From: an uncultured bacterium | GTDB lineage: Bacteria > Oederibacteriota > PGYV01 > CAWJRG01 | Direction: 5' to 3' | NCBI GenBank assembly: GCA_963845185.1 | Contig: CAWJRG010000009.1 | Span: 512,001-576,000, forward strand | Length of the DNA stretch: 64,000 nt | Part shown: piece by piece, positions 43,234 through 53,620 of the stretch | Layout: each line of letters begins with the position of its first letter | How positions within the stretch are numbered: the first letter of the stretch is position 1 | Program-made: the position numbers and the translations under genes | Notes under the pieces: generated by a model | Database searches by the model: none | What the model was told of the DNA's origin: nothing | The model's input: only the letters and a program-made list of their open reading frames with translations

Positions 43234-44889
43234 TTGAAGATAGTGCTTTATCTAAAGGATAAAATTACAAAGATAATTAAAGAAAAATACAGCGTTGAAA
43301 ACGCTGATTTTGACGTAACAAGGCCGCCGGAAAACCAGGCTGCTGATTATGCTGTAAACGCGGCTTTTATACTGGCGAAAACCGCAAAAAGGCCGCCGAT
43401 GGAAATAGCCGGAGAACTGGCTGCTTTGTTGAAGAATGACAACGATATCATTGCCGCTGGCACAACGAACGGATATGTAAATATTACGCTTAAAAATGAG
43501 GTTTATCTTGAAAATTTAAACGAGCTTTTAACTGAAACTGATTATTTCAGCAATAATACGGGAAAAGGCAAAAAAATAAACCTTGAATTTGTAAGCGCAA
43601 ACCCGGTGGGGCCTTTAAATATAGTCAGCGGCAGGGCCGGTGCATACGGCGATGCAATGGCCAACCTCCTTTCTTATTCGGGCTATAAAGTGCACAGGGA
43701 ATACTATTACAACGACCATGGCAGACAGGCACATCTATTTGCGGCATCCATTTTAATGAGGTATCTTGAACTTTTTGGCCTGTCCACCGAGATACCCGAA
43801 GACGGGTATAAGGGCGATTATGTAATAGATATAGCGAAAAAAATAAAAGATGAGAACGGCTCGCACCTGTTTTTTATTAAAGACAACAAAGTGCATGTTA
43901 AATTCAAGTTCTTCGTGAAATACGGCCTTGATTATGTATTAAACTGGCAGAAACAAACTCTCGAAAAATACGGTGTCAATTTTGACGAATGGTTTTCCGA
44001 AAGCCGGCTTTTTGAACAGGGTACGGTTGATGAATCAATGAAAATTATTGAATCAAAAGGTTTGCTTTATGAAAATGAGGGGGCTTTATGGTTTAGGACA
44101 ACAGATTTTGGCGATGACAAGGACAGGGTGGTGAGAAAAAGCGACGGAGGATATACTTATTTTGTGAGCGACATAGCGTATATGTACAACAAGATAAAAA
44201 GGGGCTTTGATAAAATGATAACCATACTCGGGCCGGATCATCACGGGTATATATCAAGGCTTGAGTCAATAATACAGGCACTTGGATATCCGAAAGAAAT
44301 GTTCCAGGTGATAATACTTCAGCAGGTTAACCTGATTGAATCGGGTGAAAAATTGAAGATGTCAAAAAGGGAAGGAAAGTTCGTGATGCTTGACGAACTG
44401 CTTGACTCTGCGGGAAGAGATGCTGCACGGTATTATTTTATAATGAGAAATTTCAATTCCCATCTTGATTTTGACATGCAACTGGCTAAGGAGCAGTCTG
44501 AAAAAAATCCAGTATTCTACGTACAGTACGCATATGCCAGGGTATGTAATATATTAAAACACGCGAAAGAAAAGGGATTTGAATCTGAAAAATACCAATT
44601 ACGTGAAATAGATTTTTCATATCTTGAGCCAGAGGAAAAAGAATTGATATTTCATATTGTGGATATCCCGGCGGCAATAAAAGAGGCGGCTGACAAATAT
44701 TCACCCTCTTTTTTAGTGCAACATATATACGACCTTGTGGCAAAGTTTCATTCTTTTTACAACAAGCACAGGGTTGTTTCGGAGAATATAAAAGATACTC
44801 AGAAAAGGCTTTTCATAATGCTTGCATTAAAAAGGGCTTTATACGAAAGTTTCACTATTATAGGTATTACCGCAAGGGAGAATATGTGA
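43234..44889 (+). CDS. argS: Arginine--tRNA ligase
   Basis: EFVSANP.GPL, KMSKR, YVQYAYAR, C-terminal ENM. Confidence 0.96.
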   Translation: MKIVLYLKDKITKIIKEKYSVENADFDVTRPPENQAADYAVNAAFILAKTAKRPPMEIAGELAALLKNDNDIIAAGTTNGYVNITLKNEVYLENLNELLTETDYFSNNTGKGKKINLEFVSANPVGPLNIVSGRAGAYGDAMANLLSYSGYKVHREYYYNDHGRQAHLFAASILMRYLELFGLSTEIPEDGYKGDYVIDIAKKIKDENGSHLFFIKDNKVHVKFKFFVKYGLDYVLNWQKQTLEKYGVNFDEWFSESRLFEQGTVDESMKIIESKGLLYENEGALWFRTTDFGDDKDRVVRKSDGGYTYFVSDIAYMYNKIKRGFDKMITILGPDHHGYISRLESIIQALGYPKEMFQVIILQQVNLIESGEKLKMSKREGKFVMLDELLDSAGRDAARYYFIMRNFNSHLDFDMQLAKEQSEKNPVFYVQYAYARVCNILKHAKEKGFESEKYQLREIDFSYLEPEEKELIFHIVDIPAAIKEAADKYSPSFLVQHIYDLVAKFHSFYNKHRVVSENIKDTQKRLFIMLALKRALYESFTIIGITARENM

Positions 44890-44953
44890 AATATTGGGAA
44901 TGATTTTAACGAAAGCCCAAAACCAAATACCCGATATATTTCAGGGAGGATAA

Positions 44954-45940
44954 ATGGAAGAAAAAGAGATTGAAAAAGATATTAAAGAGATAAAGAAACA
45001 AAATGAGTCTTTGTCCGGCGAAATAGCGAGCATAAAGCAGGAAATAGTAAATCTTAAAAAGATAAAGGATGAAATACAGGAACGATATGAAGACCTTTTG
45101 CGTAAGGAAGAATCCTTTTTGAACGACGTCAACGACCAGATAGAACGCGAAATATTTGTTGTCGTGCTCGGCACAATAAAAAAATATGTCAACAAGGAAA
45201 TGGTTGCACTTAAATTGCTGCGCAGGCGCATAAGAGCTCAGGTAAGGCACCAGGTAAAAAGAGAAACTGACAAGGAAGTAAGAAACCTGCTGCCAGGCAT
45301 AAAGAAAGAAATGCAAAAAATAGCACTCGATATATTAAATCAGCTGAAACGGCAGACGGGCAAACAACTTGAAAAAGAAGTGCAGGAGCAGGTTAAGGAA
45401 ACAGCACAGATATTGATTGAGAAAATGGAAGAAAGCGAAATAAAAGCTATAACAGACGCATTGACAGGCGTTTTTAACCGCAGGTATTTTGAGACAAGAA
45501 TAGAGCAGGAATTGAAACTTGCCAAAAGGTTTCAGAACCAGCTTTCCCTGATAATGCTTGATATAGACCATTTTAAAGATATAAATGACACTTACGGGCA
45601 CCAGACAGGGGATCTTGTGCTGCAGGAAATAGTTACGGTAGTGAAAGGAACTATAAGCAGCACGGATTTTCTTTTCAGATACGGCGGTGAGGAATTCGCT
45701 GTAATAATGCAGGAAACACCGGTGGATAAGGCGTTCGAGATTGCCGAGAACATGAGAAAAGCCGTGCAGGAACATACTTTTTACGGCGGAAATAAAGTAA
45801 TAAACGTCACAATAAGTCTCGGAGTTGCCGAATATCCAGCACACGCAATCATAAAACACGTGCTTGTAGAAAAGGCCGACGACGCTCTTTATTATGCCAA
45901 ACAAACAGGCAGGAATAACACGAAAATAGCTGTTAAATAA
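44954..45940 (+). CDS. Diguanylate cyclase with N-terminal coiled coil
   Basis: DALTG, DIDHFK, RYGGEEF. Confidence 0.93.
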   Translation: MEEKEIEKDIKEIKKQNESLSGEIASIKQEIVNLKKIKDEIQERYEDLLRKEESFLNDVNDQIEREIFVVVLGTIKKYVNKEMVALKLLRRRIRAQVRHQVKRETDKEVRNLLPGIKKEMQKIALDILNQLKRQTGKQLEKEVQEQVKETAQILIEKMEESEIKAITDALTGVFNRRYFETRIEQELKLAKRFQNQLSLIMLDIDHFKDINDTYGHQTGDLVLQEIVTVVKGTISSTDFLFRYGGEEFAVIMQETPVDKAFEIAENMRKAVQEHTFYGGNKVINVTISLGVAEYPAHAIIKHVLVEKADDALYYAKQTGRNNTKIAVK

Positions 45941-45960
45941 TCCTTATATTCAAGGTAAAA

Positions 45961-46743
45961 ATGGACAAAAAAAATTTTAAGTGTACGGTTGCATATAAAG
46001 GCACGGTTTACTACGGATGGCAGAAACAGAAAAATTTTCTGACAATCCAGGGGATAATAGAATATGCGCTGGGAAAAATATTTGCAAAAGAAATAAGCAC
46101 TTATGCAGCCAGCAGGACAGATGCTGGCGTGCACGCCTTTGGCCAGGTTTTTAATTTTAAAACAGAAACTTCGTTAGAGCCTGAAAATATAAAAAATATT
46201 TTAAACGACCTGCTTCCTGAAGACGTGGTGATAAAAAACATAGAAGAAGCAGATTCCAGTTTTAATCCGCGCCAAAATGTGAAAAAAAAATTCTACAGGT
46301 ATTTGATCTTCAACGCCAATTTTTTACATCCTGTTTATAAAGGCCTGTGCTGGCAAGTCATAAAACCCATAAAAATCGACGAAATTATGAAAATTCTGCC
46401 GGCCTTTTTAGGTATAAAAAACTATTTTTCTTTTTCAAAATCCGGTTCTGATGATAAACAGTTTGAACGTACGATTGATAAAATAAGGGTAAAAAGGAAA
46501 AACAAGTGGGTTTATTTTGATTTTGAGGGGCAGAGTTTTTTATACCAGATGCTGCGTAAAATCACAGCGGTTTTGGTGATGTTTGCACATGGCAAAGTGA
46601 GCAGGGAGACAATTGAAGAAATGTTCAAAAAAGAGGACAGAACAATTTCGGGGCATATAGCGCCACCTGATGGGCTGTATCTTATGAAAATAACTTACGA
46701 TAAAAATCGGCGTACAAAAATTTCGGCTGCATATGACAGGTAA
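45961..46743 (+). CDS. truA: tRNA pseudouridine(38-40) synthase
   Basis: Y.G..YYGWQ, SRTDAGVHA, FLYQMLR, APPDGLYL. Confidence 0.95.
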   Translation: MDKKNFKCTVAYKGTVYYGWQKQKNFLTIQGIIEYALGKIFAKEISTYAASRTDAGVHAFGQVFNFKTETSLEPENIKNILNDLLPEDVVIKNIEEADSSFNPRQNVKKKFYRYLIFNANFLHPVYKGLCWQVIKPIKIDEIMKILPAFLGIKNYFSFSKSGSDDKQFERTIDKIRVKRKNKWVYFDFEGQSFLYQMLRKITAVLVMFAHGKVSRETIEEMFKKEDRTISGHIAPPDGLYLMKITYDKNRRTKISAAYDR

Positions 46744-46796
46744 TAAAGTTTTGCAAGCACCGGATTTGAAGTCTTTATTTCTTAAAAGGAGATAGT

Positions 46797-49397
46797 TTGG
46801 ACAAAACATTTTATATTATTGACGCTAATTCTTTTGCGTACAGGGCTTTTTACGCCCTTCCGCCGCTTACTACAAAAGACGGCATTGAAATACAGGCTGT
46901 TTACGGGTTTTACAACATGCTGCAGAAAATTATGAAAGAAAAAAAGCCAGATTACATAGCTTTGACTTTTGATTATCCCGGGCCCACCAAACGGCATAAG
47001 ATGTTTGCCGAATATAAAATCCAGCGTGAGAAAATGCCTGAGTCACTGCAAATCCAGATGAAAATTATAAAAGAAATAGCCGGAAAAGGCAAAATCCCTG
47101 TTTTTGAAAAAGAAGGTTATGAAGCAGACGATATAATAGCCGCTGTGGCGGATATTTCCCAAAAAACAGCAAACGTGGTTGTCCTCACGGGCGATAAGGA
47201 TATTTTGCAGATAGTAAATAAAAATATCAGCGTAATGAAAATAAAAAAAGACGGCGATATATATTTTACACCCGAGAAAATGAAGGAAGAATACGGAATT
47301 GAACCGGCAAATATAGTCGATGTGCTTGCTTTAATGGGTGACTCATCTGACAATATACCCGGGGTAAAGGGCATAGGTGAAAAAACAGCTTATACGCTTG
47401 TCCGTGAATTTAAAACCGTCGAAAATCTTATTGAAAATTCTAGCAAAATCAAGCGGGAAAAAATTAAACAACTTGTAGAGGCCAATGTCGAATCTATAAA
47501 ATTAAGCAAAAAACTTGCTGAATTAAAGCCCGATAAAGAACTGATAGATTTAATAAATTTTGATATAAACGAATGCGCATCAGAAAAGATAAATAACGAA
47601 GGCTTGAGTGCGGAATTTCTGAATTATAATTTTAAAACACTTGTTGGCAACAAAAGCCCTGTAGACGCTGAAATCAAAATGAATAAGGAAGTTAGCAAAA
47701 TAAATGATTTTGAGGAAATAACCGGTTATATTAAAAAAGCCGAAGAAATTACAATATTCTTTTCGGGGGTGGAGGATGATATTGAAATTATATCTGCCGG
47801 GGTAAATGATAAATTTTATTATTTTATAAATGATTTTAAAGCCTTACCTGAAGAAATAAATAAAAAAAATATAATAACGAACTCGGTAAAGCATATTTTC
47901 CGGCATTTAAAAACTACAATGAATAAACCGGTGTATGACCTTACGATTATGAGTTATCTGCTTGACCCGGATAAAACGTACAGGGATTTGTCATATGTGT
48001 TGACGGCGTATTTGGGCAGGACATTTCTTTCTTTTGAGGATGTTGCGGGCAAAGGCGTAAAGAAAATAACGCTGCAGGATGTGGACGAAAAATTGCTTAA
48101 AAAATATGTCTTTTTACTGCTTGATTCGGCAGGTGAAGCAAAAAACAAACTTTATAATGAAATAGAAAGCAATAATTTAAAGAAGGTTTATGAAAATATA
48201 GAAATCCCGCTTTCGAGGGTGCTGGCCGATATGGAAAAAAACGGTATAAAGATAGATACGGCATACCTTGATGAACTCATAACAAAAACGGGCAATTCCA
48301 TAAAAGAACTTGAAAAAGGTATTTATGAAGACGCGGGCACTGAATTCAATATAAACTCGCCAAGGCAAATCGGCGAAATACTTTTTGAAAAGTTAAATTT
48401 ACCAAAAGGGAAAAAGATAAAAACAGGATATTCGACGGACGTGGATGTCCTGGAATCGCTTTCCGGGATACATCCGGTAGTGGAAAAAATCCTGCGGTAC
48501 AGGTCTTTGAATAAATTTAAAAACAGCTATCTAGACGTGATAAAGGGATATGTTGATAAGGACAATAAAACTTATCCGGTATATAACCAGACCACTGCAG
48601 CTACCGGCAGGCTATCAACATCAAGGCCTAACATACAAAGTACGCCTGTTCGCGGGATTGAGGGCAGGGAAATAAGAAAGATTTTTATACCGCTTGAGGA
48701 TAAGCAGATTGTTATAAGCGCGGATTATTCGCAGATTGAGTTGAGAATCCTTGCACACTTTTCAAAGGATAAAAAACTAAAGCAGGCCTTTGTGGAAAAT
48801 ATAGATATACATACGCTTACGGCTTCGGAAATATTTGAAGTCCTGCCAGGGTTTGTAACAAAAGACCAGCGCAGGGCAGCTAAAACTATTAATTTCGGTA
48901 TAATATACGGCATGAGCCCTTTTGGACTTTCAAAAGAACTGAGAATTTCAAACCGAGATGCGCAGAGGTACATAGAAAAATTCATTTTAACTTTTCCGGG
49001 TGTAAAAACATACCAGAATGATATAATAGATGCGGCCAGAAAAAACGGTTTTGTGGAAACTCTGACCGGAAGGCGAAGATACATGGCAAATATTAACAGC
49101 GCAAACAGGACAATAAGGGAATTCGCGGAACGGGCAGCCATAAATGCGCCCATACAAGGGACTGCCGCGGATATAATTAAAATAGCGATGATAAACATAT
49201 TTGACAAATTTTCAAAGTTTAAGTTAAAAACAAAGATGATTCTACAAATTCACGATGAGCTTGTTTTCAGCACTGTGCCCGAGGAGAAGGAAAAAGTCAA
49301 AGAAATAGTTAAGGAATCCATGGAGACCGCGTTGAAAATTGATGTGCCGCTTGTTATTTCAATGGGGGAAGGAAAAAACTGGTATGAGTGCGGGTAG
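46797..49397 (+). CDS. polA: DNA polymerase I
   Basis: 5'-3' exonuclease EADD and GDSSDNIPGV; ADYSQIELR, AKTINFGIIYG, QIHDEL; TTG start. Confidence 0.97.
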   Translation: MDKTFYIIDANSFAYRAFYALPPLTTKDGIEIQAVYGFYNMLQKIMKEKKPDYIALTFDYPGPTKRHKMFAEYKIQREKMPESLQIQMKIIKEIAGKGKIPVFEKEGYEADDIIAAVADISQKTANVVVLTGDKDILQIVNKNISVMKIKKDGDIYFTPEKMKEEYGIEPANIVDVLALMGDSSDNIPGVKGIGEKTAYTLVREFKTVENLIENSSKIKREKIKQLVEANVESIKLSKKLAELKPDKELIDLINFDINECASEKINNEGLSAEFLNYNFKTLVGNKSPVDAEIKMNKEVSKINDFEEITGYIKKAEEITIFFSGVEDDIEIISAGVNDKFYYFINDFKALPEEINKKNIITNSVKHIFRHLKTTMNKPVYDLTIMSYLLDPDKTYRDLSYVLTAYLGRTFLSFEDVAGKGVKKITLQDVDEKLLKKYVFLLLDSAGEAKNKLYNEIESNNLKKVYENIEIPLSRVLADMEKNGIKIDTAYLDELITKTGNSIKELEKGIYEDAGTEFNINSPRQIGEILFEKLNLPKGKKIKTGYSTDVDVLESLSGIHPVVEKILRYRSLNKFKNSYLDVIKGYVDKDNKTYPVYNQTTAATGRLSTSRPNIQSTPVRGIEGREIRKIFIPLEDKQIVISADYSQIELRILAHFSKDKKLKQAFVENIDIHTLTASEIFEVLPGFVTKDQRRAAKTINFGIIYGMSPFGLSKELRISNRDAQRYIEKFILTFPGVKTYQNDIIDAARKNGFVETLTGRRRYMANINSANRTIREFAERAAINAPIQGTAADIIKIAMINIFDKFSKFKLKTKMILQIHDELVFSTVPEEKEKVKEIVKESMETALKIDVPLVISMGEGKNWYECG

Positions 49398-49989
49398 GCA
49401 AAAAGTAATCATAGGGGTTACGGGAACAATAAGGTCCGGGAAAACCGAAGCATGCAGGCATCTTGAAAAAGCCGGCTATTATGTTATAGATGTGGATGAA
49501 TTTGCCCATAAATTATATAAAAAAGGCAACAGGCTGTGGAATATATTAAAAAATGAATACGGAAGTGTGATACTAAGTAAAACCGGGGAAATTGACAGAG
49601 AAACACTTGCAGAAATTGTATTTGAAACCAAAAAAAAATACCGAACGTTTGCCTCGCTTATATTTCCTTTTTTGAACGATATGCTTTTAAGGTATATCAA
49701 AAAACTCAAAAAAAGAGTTATTGTACTTGATATGGCTGTGCTTTTTGAGTCGGGATTTTACAAATATGCTGATTTTATATTAATAATCCGGGTCAATAAC
49801 AGTATATGGATAAAAAGAATGAAAAAGAGACAAAACATAGAAAAGGCCAAAAAAATCATGGGTTTTCAGAATATATTTTCGATATCAAAAAAGATTGCAT
49901 TAAGCGATATTGTCATATATAATGATAAAAGTAATAGAGAACTCGGTAAAAACATAAAAAGGGCCGTAGAAAATTTACTCAGGAGATAA
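49384..49989 (+). CDS. coaE: Dephospho-CoA kinase
   Basis: GVTGTIRSGKT, IDR..LA..VF, VLFE; follows polA; ATG at 49384 chosen as start. Confidence 0.88.
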   Translation: MSAGRQKVIIGVTGTIRSGKTEACRHLEKAGYYVIDVDEFAHKLYKKGNRLWNILKNEYGSVILSKTGEIDRETLAEIVFETKKKYRTFASLIFPFLNDMLLRYIKKLKKRVIVLDMAVLFESGFYKYADFILIIRVNNSIWIKRMKKRQNIEKAKKIMGFQNIFSISKKIALSDIVIYNDKSNRELGKNIKRAVENLLRR

Positions 49990-49995
49990 TTAGTA

Positions 49996-50862
49996 ATGAA
50001 TCTCAAGGAAAAAGAAGAGCAAATAAAGAAAATAGTGGACAGAATGAAGGCTTTGCCTACACTTTCTATAGTTGTTGCTAATGCAATTCAAGTTGTTTCT
50101 AATCCTTTGACCTCTGCTTCCGATTTAAGCAGGATAATATCGGTTGACCAAGCCTTGACGGCTAAAGTTTTAAGGCTTGCAAATTCAGCATTTTATGGGT
50201 TTCCTTTTAGAATTAAAAATATAACCCAAGCCATAGCTATCCTGGGGTTTGATACCATCAGAAACTTGGTACTTACGGTGTCAGTATATAAAATATTCAC
50301 GAAAGATATTAATATAGAGTTTTCACACCAGGAATTTTGGAAACACTGCGTGGGCGTGGCAATATGCGCAAAATTACTGGCAAAAAGAATAAAATATAAG
50401 TCAATTGAAGGTGCATTTACCGCAGGGCTTTTGCATGATATAGGAAAAAATTTCTTTGAAGAGTATATGACAAATGAATTTCAGCAGGTTTTAAAATATG
50501 TAAAGGAACACAATACAAGCATTTATAACGCTGAAAAGGAAGTGATAGGGGTTGACCATGCGACTGTTGGGAAATGGATGGCTGAAAAGTGGAACCTGCC
50601 CCAGGAACTTGTCGCGGGGATAGGATATCATCACAATCCTAATGAAGAAAAAGAAGAATATGTAATAGCAACAATAATAAATGCAGCAAATATATTATGC
50701 AAACAAAAAGGGATAGGTTTCTCGGGGGATAATTCGATAATGCCTTTGAACAGAGAGAATAGAAACCTCCTTAACCTTGATGAAAATAATGAAAAGGCAC
50801 TTATTGAATCGCTTGATGGCGAGCTTAAAGAGGCTGAGGCATTTTTATCAATACCACAGTAG
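49996..50862 (+). CDS. HDOD domain protein
   Basis: LPTL, DQALTAKVLRLANSAFYG, AGLLHDIG, DHA.VG...AEKWNLP. Confidence 0.93.
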   Translation: MNLKEKEEQIKKIVDRMKALPTLSIVVANAIQVVSNPLTSASDLSRIISVDQALTAKVLRLANSAFYGFPFRIKNITQAIAILGFDTIRNLVLTVSVYKIFTKDINIEFSHQEFWKHCVGVAICAKLLAKRIKYKSIEGAFTAGLLHDIGKNFFEEYMTNEFQQVLKYVKEHNTSIYNAEKEVIGVDHATVGKWMAEKWNLPQELVAGIGYHHNPNEEKEEYVIATIINAANILCKQKGIGFSGDNSIMPLNRENRNLLNLDENNEKALIESLDGELKEAEAFLSIPQ

Positions 50863-51036
50863 TGATGTCATAAATGGCAGCTGAAAGTCATAAAATATAT
50901 ACTATGGGGATTTGTGGAGCCAGAGGTTATAGGTTAAAAATAAAAGATTAAAATTCCAAGCTTAAAACCAAAAGCAGAAACAACTGTATTTGCTAAGAAA
51001 TTTTCACAGAACAATGACGCAGGAGGTCGCAATATT

Positions 51037-52170
51037 ATGCCTGACAGTGAAGGAACCAGCGAACTAAAAGATTATATAAAAAATTTAGAGGTCATAAATG
51101 AAGGGTTAAGGCAATCGTTTGAGGATTTGACTACCCTTTACCGTCTTGTTGACATCATTACAGAAGCCAAAACACTTGAACGAGTTTTAAATTCCTTGAT
51201 GGATCTTACAGCTGAAATAATATCCTATGTCGGTGCCGAGCTTTTTTTAATAGACGAAAAAACAGGCGAGCTTGATGTGGGAATAAAAAGGAATATAAGC
51301 AAAAGTATTGAAGCAAAAATAAACCTTCAAAATAAAAGAAAAGTAATTGACTGGGCTTTAAAAGAGGGCAGAACAATAGCCATGCCGGATATTGAGGAAG
51401 AAATACCGGAGTCTCAGAAAATGACCATTGTGTTGGTGCCTTTAATTGCCCACGACAAGTCAATAGGCATACTTGATATCATTACCGATACAGGAGAAGG
51501 TAATATCACCAGCAGGGATTTATCACTGCTGACAGTACTTGCCAAACAGGCAGCTCTTGCAATTGAAAATGTCAAGCTTTATGAGAGTATGAAGAAGGAT
51601 CAGATCAGCATAATAAGGGCGCTTGCATCGACAGTTGACGCAAAGGATCATTACACACTCGGCCATTCACAAAAAGTTTCCGAGTTATCTGTATCAATAG
51701 CCGAAGAACTCGGGCTGCCGGAAAGGGAAATTGAAATAATTCAATATGCAGGGCTTTTACATGACGTAGGAAAAATAGCGATACCTGATGAAGTGATAAA
51801 AAAACCGACAAAGCTTACAGCAGAGGAATTTGAGATTGTAAAGAATCATCCTGCTGTCGGCGCAAAAATTATAAAAGAAATAGAGGCTCTTTCGCCAATG
51901 GTGCCTATAGTGCTTCACCATCATGAGCGCTTTGACGGGAAAGGATATCCCAACGGGTTAAAGGGGGAAGAAATACCTATCGGAGCTCGCATAGTTCTTG
52001 TCGCTGATGCATTTGATACAATGGTATCAGCAAGAGCATACAGGGATATGATGCCGAATGAGCTGGCAATTTCCGAACTGCGTAAAAACGCAGGGACCCA
52101 ATTTGATCCAAATGTGGTGGACGCTTTAATCATACGTTTGAGGAAAAAAGCGGTGGATAATGAGCGATAG
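51037..52170 (+). CDS. GAF + HD-GYP c-di-GMP phosphodiesterase
   Basis: HSQKV, LHDVGK, HHERFDGKGYP. Confidence 0.93.
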   Translation: MPDSEGTSELKDYIKNLEVINEGLRQSFEDLTTLYRLVDIITEAKTLERVLNSLMDLTAEIISYVGAELFLIDEKTGELDVGIKRNISKSIEAKINLQNKRKVIDWALKEGRTIAMPDIEEEIPESQKMTIVLVPLIAHDKSIGILDIITDTGEGNITSRDLSLLTVLAKQAALAIENVKLYESMKKDQISIIRALASTVDAKDHYTLGHSQKVSELSVSIAEELGLPEREIEIIQYAGLLHDVGKIAIPDEVIKKPTKLTAEEFEIVKNHPAVGAKIIKEIEALSPMVPIVLHHHERFDGKGYPNGLKGEEIPIGARIVLVADAFDTMVSARAYRDMMPNELAISELRKNAGTQFDPNVVDALIIRLRKKAVDNER

Positions 52171-53620
52171 TTTTTCATTCGAAAAATTATTCTATAAAGA
52201 AAACGACAGCATCCCTTTTATAGTAGCCAACATTATTTTAATAGCATTTATAACCGTGGTTTTATTTATAATTGCATTGGACCCAAGAAAAGCACTTATA
52301 ATGATTCTGGGATATTTTTTAATTGTCTATGCTTTCTATACTATGGGAAAAGGTATATGCGTTATATACGGAATAATTTACAATTTTTTTATACTTGCCC
52401 TAATGCTTACCGCCCATAAAAACGCAAGTGCTCTATGGGGATATTTTTTTATTATGGTTTCAAGCATAGGTCTTATTTTTCAGGTTATAAGTTATATTAA
52501 TGAAATAGAAGAAGAAAAGAGTTTAATTGAGATAAAAGAAACTGAATTTTTAAAGGAAATGAACGACACCAAAAAAAATATTGAAAAAAATAGAAATATG
52601 ATGGAAGGAAACGAAACAAGGATAGAAAACTATAACCTATTGAATAAAATAGCCCAGAAGCTTTCCAGCACGCTTCGCAGGACAGATATTGTGAAAATAA
52701 TTTCTACTGAAATGTCGCGGATAGCTGGAAATAAAAAAATCAATTTTCAAGTCATTATCTGGGATGAGGATGCGCAGGCATATTTTCCGGTAGAAACGGA
52801 TAATATTGAATACGGCACAATGAAAATTTATAAGAAAGACGCTTTTGATGAGTGGATATTTACTAATAAATTTACTCTGCTGATCAAGAATATCGACGAA
52901 GATTTCAGGTTTAAAATGCTTGAAAAGGAAGATTTGAAATTTAAATCCATGGTAGCTGTTCCGCTTGTGGAAGAAAAAAAAATTATTGGAATTTTAAAGT
53001 TTATGGCGGAGGAAGCCAATGTATTCGACACAGAAGACGCCAGACTTTTTAATTATCTTGGCGATGTGTGCACAACAGCTGTTGAAAACGCTATTCTTTA
53101 TAAAAAAACCGAGGATCTTGCAATAAAAGACGGACTCACAGGGCTATTTATACGAAGATATTTTATTGAAAAACTTGAAGAAGAAGTAAGAAGGGCAAGA
53201 CAAAGCGGAAGTACTTTTTCCTTTTTAATGATTGACCTCGACCATTTCAAGGAATGCAATGATACTTACGGGCATCTTGCGGGCGACAGCGTATTAAAAG
53301 ATCTGGGAACATATTTAGGAAGCTTTGTAAGAGATGTGGATATAATAGGCAGGTATGGAGGAGAGGAATTCGCCATTATACTTCCCGATACTTCCTTGAA
53401 TGGCGCAAGGTTTGTAGCGGAAAGAATCAGGGCCGATTTTGAAAAGCACCAACTAAAAATATCCGACGAGAAAACTATAAAACTTACATTGAGCATTGGC
53501 GGTGTTGAATTCAAAAAGGACCATAAACTTATGGAAATAGTAAACATGGCCGACAAAGCGCTATATTACTCAAAAGGAAACGGCAGAAATATGGTAACTT
53601 TCTGGGAGGACATAAATTGA
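52160..53620 (+). CDS. Membrane GAF-GGDEF diguanylate cyclase
   Basis: N-terminal TM segments, GAF, RDVD (I-site), RYGGEEF. Confidence 0.93.
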   Translation: MSDSFSFEKLFYKENDSIPFIVANIILIAFITVVLFIIALDPRKALIMILGYFLIVYAFYTMGKGICVIYGIIYNFFILALMLTAHKNASALWGYFFIMVSSIGLIFQVISYINEIEEEKSLIEIKETEFLKEMNDTKKNIEKNRNMMEGNETRIENYNLLNKIAQKLSSTLRRTDIVKIISTEMSRIAGNKKINFQVIIWDEDAQAYFPVETDNIEYGTMKIYKKDAFDEWIFTNKFTLLIKNIDEDFRFKMLEKEDLKFKSMVAVPLVEEKKIIGILKFMAEEANVFDTEDARLFNYLGDVCTTAVENAILYKKTEDLAIKDGLTGLFIRRYFIEKLEEEVRRARQSGSTFSFLMIDLDHFKECNDTYGHLAGDSVLKDLGTYLGSFVRDVDIIGRYGGEEFAIILPDTSLNGARFVAERIRADFEKHQLKISDEKTIKLTLSIGGVEFKKDHKLMEIVNMADKALYYSKGNGRNMVTFWEDIN

